A program made the position numbers and the translations under genes. A stretch of 64,000 nucleotides of DNA from Thermoanaerobaculia bacterium (GTDB lineage Bacteria > Acidobacteriota > Thermoanaerobaculia > Multivoradales > Multivoraceae): positions 1,824,001-1,888,000 of the forward strand of contig OY762911.1 of the NCBI GenBank assembly GCA_963666565.1, given 5' to 3'. Below the pieces are notes generated by a model. The model did not search any database. It was not told the origin of the DNA and worked only from the letters and a program-made list of their open reading frames with translations. Shown here one piece after another: positions 28,770 through 38,499 of this stretch (the first letter of the stretch is position 1; each line of letters starts with the position of its first letter).

Positions 28770-30214
28770 TCCAGGTAGCCCATCGCCTCGAGCGCCTTGC
28801 GCGCGGCCTCGGTGTGCGGCGTGACGTTTTGCGGCGAGGCGCGGATCCACCTGCTCAGGCGTCGACCGAGCCGATCCCTCACCTCCGGGAACTCCGAGGC
28901 CACGTCTCTGAGTTGCAGTGGGTCGGACGGCAGGTGGTAGAGCTCGATCGTCGACTTCTCGCGGTCCCGGTTCGGCGGACGCAGGACGAGTTGCCACTCG
29001 CCGTCCTGAATGCTCCGCAGGTGACGCTGGTAGGCCCCGGCGTCGGCGAAGGCGATCGGATCCGCGTCGGCGCCGGTTTCGGCTTCGTCGGCCCGGGGCT
29101 GCTCCCGCAGCAGAGGCAACCAGCTCCGGCCCTCGAAGCCCTCGGGCATCGGTTCTCCCAGCAACTCGACCAGGGTGGGGAAGAGCCCGATCAACTCGAC
29201 CGGCTGCTCGACATGGCGAGCGGCGTCGGCCCAAGGTTCGCCGACGACGACCAGCGGCACGTGGACGCTGCTGTTGTAGGGCACCGGCCCGTGCTCGAAG
29301 GGCACGCCATGCTCGGCCAGCTCCTCGCCGTGGTCGGACGTCAGGACGAACAGGCTCCCGTCCTCCATGCCGAGGGTGGCGATCTCGTCCAGGATGGCGC
29401 CGATCGCCCGGTCCGTGACCCACACGTTCGCGTCGTACTGGGCCACGTAGTAGCGCAGTTCCCGTTGGTCGCCGAGCGCCCGGCCCTCGGCGCCGGTGAG
29501 GTCGACGATCCGGTCGCTCGTGTAGTGCTCGTCGTCGATGAACGGGTTCGCGGTTCCGGGCTGGAGCAGGTAGGGGGCGTGCGGATCGGTGTAGTGCAGC
29601 CAGACGAACAGCCGCTCTTCCGTGGCCAGCGAGGCGAGCAGGGGCCGGGCCAGGTCGTTCACGCGGTCCGCCCACACGTGGCGCCGGAACGCCATCGGCC
29701 GCCGCTCGACCGGGAGTTCGTCGACCGCGTCGAGGGTCGCCTGATCGACCCAGGTCTGCTCGTAGCGGTCGAAGCCGCGGCCCCAGCCGAGCTCCCGGCT
29801 CAGCACCGGGTTGGAGATCACCGCCGCCGTCGTGAAGCCGCGTTCCTGGAACCAGGCCGGCAACGCGAGGTAGTCCTCGGGAATCGTCTGCACGGCCGTG
29901 TTGATCAATCCCGTCGTGTGGGGATAGAGGCTCGTGAACATCGAGGCGAACGACGGTCCGGTCTTCGGCCACTGGACGATCGCCCGTTCGAAGACGGTCC
30001 CCCGCTCGACCCACTCGTCGAGCCGCGGACTCGTGTCCCGGGGGTAGCCGTGCCAGCCCAGGTGGTCGGCGCGCAGCGTGTCGACCGTGATCAGGAAGAC
30101 GCGCCGCGGCGGTTCGGCTGCGGACTCGGGCGGCGGCCCAGTGCCGGCGCCGCAGGCCAGCGCCAGCACTGCAAGTGGCAGGAGGGCCAGCGCTTGCAGG
30201 CGGCAACATCGCAT
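28766..30214 (-). CDS. sulfatase-like / alkaline-phosphatase-superfamily lipoprotein
   Basis: Lipobox LACG, ITVDTLRADHL, KTGPSFASMFTSLYP, HYTDPHAPY, TSDHGE and C-terminal LEAMGYL. Confidence 0.82.
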   Translation of the reverse strand: MRCCRLQALALLPLAVLALACGAGTGPPPESAAEPPRRVFLITVDTLRADHLGWHGYPRDTSPRLDEWVERGTVFERAIVQWPKTGPSFASMFTSLYPHTTGLINTAVQTIPEDYLALPAWFQERGFTTAAVISNPVLSRELGWGRGFDRYEQTWVDQATLDAVDELPVERRPMAFRRHVWADRVNDLARPLLASLATEERLFVWLHYTDPHAPYLLQPGTANPFIDDEHYTSDRIVDLTGAEGRALGDQRELRYYVAQYDANVWVTDRAIGAILDEIATLGMEDGSLFVLTSDHGEELAEHGVPFEHGPVPYNSSVHVPLVVVGEPWADAARHVEQPVELIGLFPTLVELLGEPMPEGFEGRSWLPLLREQPRADEAETGADADPIAFADAGAYQRHLRSIQDGEWQLVLRPPNRDREKSTIELYHLPSDPLQLRDVASEFPEVRDRLGRRLSRWIRASPQNVTPHTEAARKALEAMGYLE

Positions 30215-30340
30215 GGGCAGGAGCCGAGGCTAGCAGCGTTCGCAGCGGGCCCGCTGCGCTGTAGCCCAAGGAAGAGGCCGCCCGCTGGGTACGCGGGTCC
30301 GGTCCGCCGGTAGCGCGGTCCGGCGGCGTAGAATCGCCCC

Positions 30341-30682
30341 ATGAACAAGGTCGACCACGCCGCGCCGACCGTGGCGCCCGCCCTGATGCGTTTCGCCGAT
30401 GCCGTGCGCGAGACGTACGGCGACGCAGTGGTGGAGCTTCGCCTGTTCGGCTCGCACGCGCGTTCGAGCGCGCACGAGGAGTCGGACGTCGACGTCGCGG
30501 TGGTGCTCGACGAAGCGGGCTGGGAGACTCGGCGCGACCTGATCGACCTGGCGACCGACGTGGGCATCGCCTACGGCCTGTCGCTGTCTCCCACCGTGTT
30601 CGACCGGGCCGAGTACGAACGCTGGCGCTCCCAGGACCGGCCCTTGACCCGGGACATCGAGGAAGAGGGGATACCTCTGTGA
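30341..30682 (+). CDS. minimal nucleotidyltransferase (MNT) domain protein with no HEPN partner
   Basis: LFGSHAR...ESDVDVAVV...IEEEGIPL. Confidence 0.85.
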   Translation: MNKVDHAAPTVAPALMRFADAVRETYGDAVVELRLFGSHARSSAHEESDVDVAVVLDEAGWETRRDLIDLATDVGIAYGLSLSPTVFDRAEYERWRSQDRPLTRDIEEEGIPL

Positions 30683-30701
30683 CCGGATCCGTCGCGCGGG
30701 A

Positions 30702-33164
30702 GTGACGCCGGGGCGCCAGGGCGCGGCGGAGTTGCCCCGCCGCGCGAGTGCGATCGTCATCGGCGGCGGCGTGGTCGGCTGCTCGGTCGCCTACCACCTC
30801 GCGCGCTCGGGGGAGTCCGACGTGCTCCTGCTCGAGCGCCGCCGGATCGCTTCCGGCACGACCTGGCATGCCGCCGGCCTGCTCGGCCAGTTGCGGCAGT
30901 CGGTCACGATGACGAACCTCGCCCGCTACACGAGCGAGCTCTACGCCCGCCTCGAGCAGGAGACGGGACAGTCGACGGGCTATCGCCGCTACGGCTCCCT
31001 CTCGGTCACCGCCGACCCGGAGCGGTTCGAGGAACTCAAGCGCGCCGCGTCGCTGGCGAAAGCTCTCGGGCTGCCGGTCGACGTCGTGACGGCGAAGACG
31101 ATCGGGGAGCGGGTATCCCTGCTCGAGACGTCCGACCTGCTCGGCGGGCTGCACATCCCCGGAGACGGCTACGCGAGTCCGACGGACGTCACCCTGGCGC
31201 TGGCCGCGGGCGCCCGCTCCGCCGGCGCCCGGATCGTCGAGCACGTGCCGGTGACCTCGGTTCGCACCGCCGGGGGGCGGGTTCTTGGCGTCGCCACGGA
31301 GCAGGGCGACATCGATGCCGACTGCGTCGTCCTCTGCGCCGGCATGTGGACCCGGGAGTTGGCCGCCTCCATCGGCGTCAACGTCCCGCTGCATGCCTGC
31401 GAGCACTACTACGTCCGGTTCGACGGCATCGACGGGCTCGACGCGAGCCTTCCCGTCGTGCGGGACTACGACGCCATCTCGTACTTCAGGTACGACGCGG
31501 GCAAGCTGATCGTAGGCGTCTTCGAGCCGAACGCGCGGCCCTGGGGCATGGACGGCATTCCCGAGGACTTCTGCTTCGACGAGATCCCTGCCAACCGCGA
31601 GCACTTCGAGCCGTTGCTGCGCGGCGCGAGGGAGCGCATGCCGGCCCTTCAGTCGGCCGAGGTCTTGCAGCTCTTCTGCGGCCCGGAGAGCTTCACGCCG
31701 GACGTCCGCTACCACGTCGGCCCGACGCCGGAGTGCGAGAACTGCTTCGTCGCGGCCGGCCTGAACTCGATCGGAATCCAGTCCGCGGGCGGGATCGGCA
31801 AGGTCGTCGCCGAGTGGATTCTCGACGGGCATCCGCCGGCCGACCTCTGGGAAGTCGACGTGCGGCGCAACATGCCCTTCCAGGGCAACCGCAGGTACCT
31901 GCGCGAGCGGGTCTCCGAGAGTCTGGGCCTCCTCTACGCCATGCACTACCCGTATCGCCAGTTCGAGACGGCGAGGGGCGTGCGCCGCTCACCCCTGTAC
32001 GACCGCCTGGAGGCCGCCGGCGCCTGTCACGGGGAACTCGCCGGCTGGGAGCGACCGAACTGGTACGCGCCGGCGGGCGTGCCGGCCCGCTACGAGTACA
32101 GCTACGGACGCCAGAACTGGTTCGAGTACTCGGCCGCCGAGCATCGGGCCGTGCGGGAGAACGTGGCACTGTTCGACCAGTCGTCGTTCGCGAAGTTCCG
32201 CCTGGAAGGCCGGGACGCGGCCAGGGTGCTCAACCGGGTCTGCGCCAACGATGTCGACGTGCCGCCCGGCCGCATCGTTTACACGCAGTGGCTCAACGAG
32301 CGCGGCGGCATCGAGGCGGACCTCACGGTGACGCGCCTGGCGGAAGACAGCTTCCTCATCGTCACCGCCGCCGCCTCCGAGGTGCGGGACTTTCACTGGC
32401 TCAAGGGCCACATTCCGGACGACGCGCACTGCGTCCTTGTGAACGTGACCTCGGCGATGGGCGTGATCTCCCTGATGGGCCCGGCTTCCCGCGCGCTCCT
32501 CCAGTCCCTGACGCCGGCGAACCTGGCCAACGAAGCGTTCCCGTTCGCGACCAGCCGCGAGATCGAACTGGGCTACGGCCTGGTGCGGGCGTCGCGCATC
32601 ACCTACGTCGGCGAACTCGGTTGGGAGCTCTACGTTCCCGCGGAGTTCGCGGCGGGCGTCTACGACGAGGTCGTGGCCGCCGGCGAGGCGTTCGGTCTGG
32701 TGCATGCCGGCTACCACGCCCTGGACTCGCTGCGCATCGAGAAGGCCTACCGTCACTGGGGCCACGACATCACCGACCAGGACTCGCCGCTCGAAGCGGG
32801 GCTCGGGTTCGCCGTCAGGTTCGACAAGCCCGGCGGCTTCATCGGGCGCGAGGCGCTGCTCAGGCAGAAGGAGAGCGGGGTCGCGAAGCGCCTGATCCAG
32901 TTCAGACTCCGGGATCCGCAGCCGTTGCTCTACCACAACGAACCGATCTGGCTGGGCGACGAAATCGCCGGCTACGTCACCTCCGGGAACTACGGCCACA
33001 GCCTTGGAGCGGCCGTCGGCCTCGGCTACGTTCCCATGTCGCTGTTGCCGGACTTCCCGGAACTGGCCAGTGGATTCGAGATCGAGGTCGCCGGCGTCCC
33101 CGTCCCGGCCGAGGCCTCCCTCCGGCCCATGGTCGACCCTGGCGGCAAGCGCGTTCGCAACTGA
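30702..33164 (+). CDS. FAD-dependent GcvT-family oxidoreductase (dimethylglycine/sarcosine dehydrogenase-like)
   Basis: IIGGGVVG-type FAD motif, GTTWHAAG, GPESFTPD, GWERPNW, ITYVGELGWELY and LRIEKAY. Confidence 0.9.
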   Translation: MTPGRQGAAELPRRASAIVIGGGVVGCSVAYHLARSGESDVLLLERRRIASGTTWHAAGLLGQLRQSVTMTNLARYTSELYARLEQETGQSTGYRRYGSLSVTADPERFEELKRAASLAKALGLPVDVVTAKTIGERVSLLETSDLLGGLHIPGDGYASPTDVTLALAAGARSAGARIVEHVPVTSVRTAGGRVLGVATEQGDIDADCVVLCAGMWTRELAASIGVNVPLHACEHYYVRFDGIDGLDASLPVVRDYDAISYFRYDAGKLIVGVFEPNARPWGMDGIPEDFCFDEIPANREHFEPLLRGARERMPALQSAEVLQLFCGPESFTPDVRYHVGPTPECENCFVAAGLNSIGIQSAGGIGKVVAEWILDGHPPADLWEVDVRRNMPFQGNRRYLRERVSESLGLLYAMHYPYRQFETARGVRRSPLYDRLEAAGACHGELAGWERPNWYAPAGVPARYEYSYGRQNWFEYSAAEHRAVRENVALFDQSSFAKFRLEGRDAARVLNRVCANDVDVPPGRIVYTQWLNERGGIEADLTVTRLAEDSFLIVTAAASEVRDFHWLKGHIPDDAHCVLVNVTSAMGVISLMGPASRALLQSLTPANLANEAFPFATSREIELGYGLVRASRITYVGELGWELYVPAEFAAGVYDEVVAAGEAFGLVHAGYHALDSLRIEKAYRHWGHDITDQDSPLEAGLGFAVRFDKPGGFIGREALLRQKESGVAKRLIQFRLRDPQPLLYHNEPIWLGDEIAGYVTSGNYGHSLGAAVGLGYVPMSLLPDFPELASGFEIEVAGVPVPAEASLRPMVDPGGKRVRN

Positions 33165-33229
33165 AACGGAGTAGGCTCGCCTGCGCGCGACTTCAGCTTG
33201 CGCTTCGAGCGCCGACGATCGAGCCAACG

Positions 33230-34579
33230 ATGCACTCCCGACCTTCCCAGGCCGTGATCCTGGCCGGCGGCCGGGGCACCCGCCTGGCGCCGCTGACGGA
33301 CACCCTGCCCAAGGCGCTGATTCCGTTCCACGGCAAGCCGTTCCTCGGCCATGTGATCGACATGCTGCGCGAGCAGGGCTTCGAGCGCGTCCTGCTGCTG
33401 CTCGGCTATCGCGCCGAGGCGATGATCGACCACTTCGGCGATGGCTCCGCCTACGGTGTCGAGATCAGCCACCGGGTGACGGCCCCGGACGACCTGACGG
33501 CGCACCGGGTCAAGGACGCGTCCGACGAACTGGACGACCTGTTCCTGCTCCTCTACTGCGACAACTACTGGCCGATGCAGTTCGACCGGATGTGGCGCGC
33601 CTACGTCGACTCCGGGGCGTCGGCCCAGATCACGGTCTACGCGAACCGGGACGGCTACACCCGCGACAGCGTGATCGTGGGCGAGGACGGCTTCGTCACC
33701 GTCTTCGACCGCGGTCGGACGACTCCGGGGCTCCGGGGAGTCGAGATCAGCTACGCGATCCTCGAGAGGTCGGCGGTGTTGCCGCTCCTGCCGGATCACC
33801 AGGAGCTGTTTGAGGAGGCCGTCTACCCGGCACTGACCGCCCGGGGCGAACTGCGCGCCTACTGGAGCGAGCACCGCTACTACAGCGTCGGCGGCCACGA
33901 GCGGCTACCGCTGACCGAGGCCTTCTTCGCCCGCACGCCGACGATCATCCTCGACCGCGACGGCGTCCTCAACGTGCGCCCGCCGCGGGCGGAGTACGTC
34001 TGCACGCCTGGCGAGCTGCTCTGGCTACCGGGCGCCCGCGAGGCGCTGGCCGCCTTCAACCGGGCCGGCTGGCGGGTGCTCGTCGTGTCGAACCAGCCGG
34101 GAGTCGCCCGTGGCCGCATGACGCTGGACGACCTGGCCGCGGTGCATCGACGCCTGTGCGCCGAGGTGGAAGAGGCCGGTGGACGGATAGACCGCATCTA
34201 CTTCTGTCCGCACGGCTGGGACGAGGGCTGCGACTGCCGCAAGCCGGCGCCGGGAATGCTCTTCCAGGCGCAGCGCGATCATCATCTCGATCTCACCCGG
34301 ACGACTTTCCTCGGCGACGACGAGCGCGACGGGCAGGCGGCGGACGCGGCGGGCTGCCGGTTCGGCTTGGTGACCGAAGACGAGCCGCTGATCGCGCACG
34401 CCGAGCGGCTTCTGAAGTCCGCGGCAGAACGGGATGCGGCGGCATCCAGGTCCGCTCGCATCGCGCCCGCGTCCGGCGCGCCAAGCGGGTCCGACGGCTG
34501 CGTCCCGGCCGCATCCAGCGCGCAAAGCCGGTCCGACGGCCGCCCGGTGCCGCCGCCATCGCCAGGGACGCCGGCATGA
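33230..34579 (+). CDS. fused sugar-phosphate nucleotidyltransferase (HddC-like) / HAD-IIIA heptose-bisphosphate phosphatase (GmhB-like)
   Basis: N-terminal [10 protein letters not shown]...PK. C-terminal [17 protein letters not shown]...[10 protein letters not shown] and GDDERD. Confidence 0.88.
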   Translation: MHSRPSQAVILAGGRGTRLAPLTDTLPKALIPFHGKPFLGHVIDMLREQGFERVLLLLGYRAEAMIDHFGDGSAYGVEISHRVTAPDDLTAHRVKDASDELDDLFLLLYCDNYWPMQFDRMWRAYVDSGASAQITVYANRDGYTRDSVIVGEDGFVTVFDRGRTTPGLRGVEISYAILERSAVLPLLPDHQELFEEAVYPALTARGELRAYWSEHRYYSVGGHERLPLTEAFFARTPTIILDRDGVLNVRPPRAEYVCTPGELLWLPGAREALAAFNRAGWRVLVVSNQPGVARGRMTLDDLAAVHRRLCAEVEEAGGRIDRIYFCPHGWDEGCDCRKPAPGMLFQAQRDHHLDLTRTTFLGDDERDGQAADAAGCRFGLVTEDEPLIAHAERLLKSAAERDAAASRSARIAPASGAPSGSDGCVPAASSAQSRSDGRPVPPPSPGTPA

Positions 34580-35655
34580 GCAGCGTCGGCGCGCGCCGTC
34601 CGGTCCTGGTGACGGGGCACCGCGGTTATCTCGGCTCGGTCATGGCGCCGTATCTCGTGGAGCGCGGCTACGACGTCGTCGGGCTCGATTACGGCTACTT
34701 CGACGATTGCTCGATCGCCGCCGACCCCGTGCCGATCCCGTCGATCCGGAAGGACATCCGGGATCTGGCGCCGGCCGACCTGCGTGCCTTCTACGCGATC
34801 GTCCACCTGGCGGCGCTCTCGAACGATCCGATCGGCAACCTGGACGAGACCTGGACGGAGGAGATCAATCACCGTTCTTCCGTCCGCCTGGCCGAACTGG
34901 CCCGCGCGGCCGATGTACGTCGCTTCCTGTTCTCGTCTTCGTGCATCATGTACGGCCAGTCCAGCACGGAAACGGTGGACGAGACCTCGCCGCTCGACCC
35001 GCGGACCCTGTACGCGCGTTCCAAGGTCCGGAGCGAGGAGGCGATCCGGGAGCTGGCGCGGGACGGTTTCTCGCCCACGTTCCTGCGCAACGGCACCGTG
35101 TACGGCCTGTCACCCCGGATGCGTTTCGACACTGTCCTGAACGACCTGACCGGAGCCGCCTTCGCCAACCGGCGAGTCGTCGTCTACGGCGACGGCAAGC
35201 CGTGGCGGCCGGTCGTCCACGTCGGGGACGTGGCAGCGGCGTTCGGCCGCGTGCTCGAAGCGCCGCTCTCGCTGGTTCACAACGAGGCCTTCAACACCGG
35301 CGCCGACCACCTGAACCACCGCGTGATCGAACTGGCGGAGATCGCGGCCGATCTCGTGCCCGGCTGTGAGATCGAGGTGCGCGGTGAACCCGGCGCCGAC
35401 CAGCGCACCTACCGCGCCTCGTTCGGGAAGTTCGCCCGCGCTTTCCCGGACTTCGAGTTCCGGGACGCGGCCGCCGGAGCGAAGCGGTTGGTCGAGGACT
35501 ACCGCCGCATCGGGCTCGACGCGGCGCTCTACGGCGACGCGCGCTTCGTCCGCCTGCGCTGGCTCGAACGTCTGCTCGACGCGGAGCGGCTGGACGGCTC
35601 GCTGCGCTGGGCGGGCGGCACCGCCGGCGAGGCAAACCGGGAGGACAAGGGATGA
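34576..35655 (+). CDS. NAD-dependent epimerase/dehydratase (extended SDR)
   Basis: [24 protein letters not shown] and YARSK. ATGA overlap with the upstream gene. Confidence 0.88.
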   Translation: MSSVGARRPVLVTGHRGYLGSVMAPYLVERGYDVVGLDYGYFDDCSIAADPVPIPSIRKDIRDLAPADLRAFYAIVHLAALSNDPIGNLDETWTEEINHRSSVRLAELARAADVRRFLFSSSCIMYGQSSTETVDETSPLDPRTLYARSKVRSEEAIRELARDGFSPTFLRNGTVYGLSPRMRFDTVLNDLTGAAFANRRVVVYGDGKPWRPVVHVGDVAAAFGRVLEAPLSLVHNEAFNTGADHLNHRVIELAEIAADLVPGCEIEVRGEPGADQRTYRASFGKFARAFPDFEFRDAAAGAKRLVEDYRRIGLDAALYGDARFVRLRWLERLLDAERLDGSLRWAGGTAGEANREDKG

Positions 35656-36101
35656 TCCACGGCGTCAAGGTGGTTCCGCTTCGTCAGGTCGTCGACGAGC
35701 GGGGCAAGATCATGCACATGCTGAAGGCCACGGACGAGCACTTCCTCGGCTTCGGCGAGATCTACTTCTCGACCGCCTGGCCGGGGACGATCAAGGCCTG
35801 GCACATCCACCGCTCGATGACGGTGAACAACGCGGTGATCAGCGGCCGGGCCAAGCTCGTCATGTACGACCTGCGCGAGGACTCGCCGACCCGCGGCGAG
35901 CTCCAGGAGGTCTTCTTCGGCGAGGACAACTACGTCCTGGTCCAGATCCCGCCCGGGATCGCCAACGGCTACAAGGCGTACGGCGACAAGCAGGTCATCA
36001 TGGCGAACGCCGCGACCGAGCCGCACGATCCCGGCGAGATGGACCGGCTCGATCCGTTCACCGACCGGATCCCCTACGACTGGGCGCTCCAGCACGGTTG
36101 A
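35652..36101 (+). CDS. RmlC-like NDP-4-keto-sugar 3,5-epimerase (cupin)
   Basis: [18 protein letters not shown] and IPPGIANGY. Confidence 0.85.
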   Translation: MIHGVKVVPLRQVVDERGKIMHMLKATDEHFLGFGEIYFSTAWPGTIKAWHIHRSMTVNNAVISGRAKLVMYDLREDSPTRGELQEVFFGEDNYVLVQIPPGIANGYKAYGDKQVIMANAATEPHDPGEMDRLDPFTDRIPYDWALQHG

Positions 36102-36123
36102 GGCGGCCGGAACCTCCGCAGAC

Positions 36124-37131
36124 GTGGACGCATCGCGCCTGATCGTTACCCGTACGCCGTTGCGGGTGTCCCTGGTGGGCGGCGGCACCGACCTGCCGGC
36201 GTTTTACCGGCGCGAGGGCGGCGCGGCGCTCTCGACCACCATCGACCGCTACGTCTACGTGACGGTCAAACGGCACAGCGAGCTGTTCTTCGAGCCGGTG
36301 CGCGTGAACTACTCGCGCAGCGAGCAGGTCGAACGGATCGACGAACTGGAGAACAACATCGCGCGCGAGTGCTTGCGATTCGTGGGCGTCGACCCGCCGG
36401 TCTACATCTCCACGGTCGGCGACGTGCCGGCTTCGACCGGGCTCGGCGGATCGAGCGCCTTCGCCGTCGGCCTGCTGAACGCGCTCCACTCCTACAAGGG
36501 GGAGCGCGCCTCGGCGGGGCAGTTGGCGGAGGAGGCCTGCCACATCGAGATCGACGTCCTGGGCGCGCGGATCGGCAAGCAGGACCAGTACGCGGCGGCC
36601 TACGGCGGGCTCAACCTGCTGTCGTTCAAGCGGGACGGCGGCGTGACCGTCGAGCACCTGCGGATTCCGGGCGACCGGCTGCGCGAGCTGTTCCGCTCGG
36701 TGCTCATGTTCTGGACCGGACACCAGCGGGACGCGAGCGCGGTGCTCTCGGAGCAGGACGACCGCACCGAGCTGAACCTGGAGTCGCTGCGCAGGATGCG
36801 GGACCAGGCGCGCGACCTGCACCGGGATCTCGGCGCCGGTGACGTCGACGTCGAGGGCATCGGCCGGCTCCTCGACGAGGGCTGGCGGATGAAGCGGGAG
36901 CTCGCGGGATCCATCACGACACCGCTGATCGACGGTTGGTACGACGCGGCCGTCGCGGCCGGCGCCCTGGGCGGCAAGCTCTGCGGCGCCGGCGGCGGCG
37001 GTTTCCTGCTGTTCGTCGTGCCGCCCGACCGGCAGGCCGCGGTCCGCTCGGCGCTGGCCGACCTGTACGAGTTGCCCGTCGGCCACGAGTCCCACGGCTC
37101 GCAGTTGGTCGCCCCGTTCCACCATGGCTAG
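36124..37131 (+). CDS. hddA: GHMP kinase, D-glycero-alpha-D-manno-heptose-7-phosphate kinase-like
   Basis: PLRVSLVGGGTD, PASTGLGGSS, GKQDQY and GGKLCGAGGGGF. Confidence 0.82.
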   Translation: MDASRLIVTRTPLRVSLVGGGTDLPAFYRREGGAALSTTIDRYVYVTVKRHSELFFEPVRVNYSRSEQVERIDELENNIARECLRFVGVDPPVYISTVGDVPASTGLGGSSAFAVGLLNALHSYKGERASAGQLAEEACHIEIDVLGARIGKQDQYAAAYGGLNLLSFKRDGGVTVEHLRIPGDRLRELFRSVLMFWTGHQRDASAVLSEQDDRTELNLESLRRMRDQARDLHRDLGAGDVDVEGIGRLLDEGWRMKRELAGSITTPLIDGWYDAAVAAGALGGKLCGAGGGGFLLFVVPPDRQAAVRSALADLYELPVGHESHGSQLVAPFHHG

Positions 37132-38347
37132 TTGCCTCGTCTGCGCGCAACCCTCCGTCGAGCCCTTCCTCGACCTGGGCAGCACCGCGCTCGCCAACAA
37201 GTTCCCGAGCGTCGCCGACCTGAGCCGTCCCGAACCGCGCTTCCCGCTGCGCGTCGGCTTCTGCCATGGCTGCGGCCACGTGCAGCTCGTCGATCGCGTG
37301 CCGCCGGAGGCGATGTTCACGGACTATCTCTACGTGTCGTCCGCCTCGGACACGCTGTGCGCCCACTTCGACGACCTGGCGGCCACGCTCACCGCCCGCC
37401 ACGGCCTCGCCGATGGCGGCCTCGTCATCGACATCGGCTGCAACGACGCTTCGCTCCTCTCCTGCTTCCGCGATCGCGGCGCCCGCACCCTCGGCGTCGA
37501 CCCGGCGGAGAACCTGGCCGAGTACAGCCGCGACACCGGTATCGAGCGCTACCGGGGCTTCTTCGGTGCGGACACCGCCGGCGAGATCGCCGATCGCTGG
37601 GGCCGGGCGGCGCTGGTCACGGCGACCAACACCTTTCCGCACATCCCCGACCTTGCCGGCTTCGTCGCCGGCCTCGACGCCGTGCTGGCGCCCGGCGGCG
37701 CCTTCGTGCTGGAAGCGCACTACCTCGTCGATCTCCTCGACCAGCTCGCGTTCGACACCGTGTACCACGAGCACGTCTCCTATTGGGCGCTGGGCCCGAT
37801 GACGCGGCTCTTCGAGGGCCACGGCATGGAGGTTGTGCGGGCGGAGCGCCTGCCGATCCACCACGGCCAGCTCCGGGCCACCGTCATGCGCCGCGGCGAG
37901 GGCGACGTGAACGCAAGCGTCGACGAGATCCTGGCGGCCGAGAGGCAGCTCGGCATTGACCGCTTGGAGACTTGGAGCGGGTTCGCGGCGCGAGTCGACC
38001 GCCTGAAGACCGAGGTCGTGAACTGCCTCCGCGGCCTGAAGGCCGACGGCCGCCGTCTCGCCGGCTACGGCGCACCCGCCAAGGGCAGCACGCTGCTCGA
38101 ATTCTTCGGCGTAGGCCCGGAGCTGCTCGACTTCATCGCCGACCGCAGCCCGCTGAAGCAGGGCCGCTACACGCCGGGCTCCCACATCCCGATCGTCGCG
38201 CCGGAGCGACTGATCGAGGAACCGTCGCCCGACCACGTCCTGCTCCTGGCCTGGAACTTCGAGGACGAGATCCTCGCCCAGCAGGCCGAGTTCCGCCGCC
38301 GCGGCGGCGGGTTCATCCTGCCGGTGCCGGAAGTCCGCATCGTCTGA
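37124..38347 (+). CDS. NDP-sugar C-methyltransferase (TylC3/NovU/TcaB9 family)
   Basis: Zinc ligands CLVC...CHGC, IDIGCNDA, FDTVYHEH, GYGAPAKG and LLAWNF. Confidence 0.88.
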   Translation: MASCLVCAQPSVEPFLDLGSTALANKFPSVADLSRPEPRFPLRVGFCHGCGHVQLVDRVPPEAMFTDYLYVSSASDTLCAHFDDLAATLTARHGLADGGLVIDIGCNDASLLSCFRDRGARTLGVDPAENLAEYSRDTGIERYRGFFGADTAGEIADRWGRAALVTATNTFPHIPDLAGFVAGLDAVLAPGGAFVLEAHYLVDLLDQLAFDTVYHEHVSYWALGPMTRLFEGHGMEVVRAERLPIHHGQLRATVMRRGEGDVNASVDEILAAERQLGIDRLETWSGFAARVDRLKTEVVNCLRGLKADGRRLAGYGAPAKGSTLLEFFGVGPELLDFIADRSPLKQGRYTPGSHIPIVAPERLIEEPSPDHVLLLAWNFEDEILAQQAEFRRRGGGFILPVPEVRIV

Positions 38348-38358
38348 CCCTGGGTTCG

Positions 38359-38410
38359 CCGGGTGCGCGGGTCTTCCGACCCGCATCGAGCGCGATGCTG
38401 CGAAGCAGCG
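38359..38410 (+). repeat. REP-like hairpin plus GCGAAGC mini-hairpin
   Basis: CCGGGTGCGCGGGTCTTCCGACCCGC (24-nt core identical to the 53234 and 53261 copies), then GCGATGCTGCGAAGCAGCG. Confidence 0.75.
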
Positions 38411-38441
38411 AAGCACGACCTACGATCGAGAGGAACCGATT

Positions 38442-38494
38442 TTCTCCTTGTGAGAAGGAGAACTTTGTGCCATAGTCTCCTTCCTGGAGGGAGA
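38442..38494. promoter_or_regulatory. two tandem palindromes TCTCCTT-N5-ARGGAGA, putative operators
   Basis: TTCTCCTT-gtgag-AAGGAGAA at 38442-38462 and TCTCCTT-cctgg-AGGGAGA at 38476-38494, 33 bp apart, just before the AAA gene. Confidence 0.55.
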
Positions 38495-38499
38495 ATGCG

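Noticed and set aside
27864-31946. Apparent 1360-aa GT2 fusion
   Set aside because: Only the last ~301 aa are GT2. The rest overlaps the sulfatase-like, MNT and GcvT genes in other frames.
31346-33229. Apparent 1077-aa protein ending in the HddC-GmhB domains
   Set aside because: The N-terminal 628 codons are an alternate frame of the GcvT-family gene. The real start is ATG 33230.
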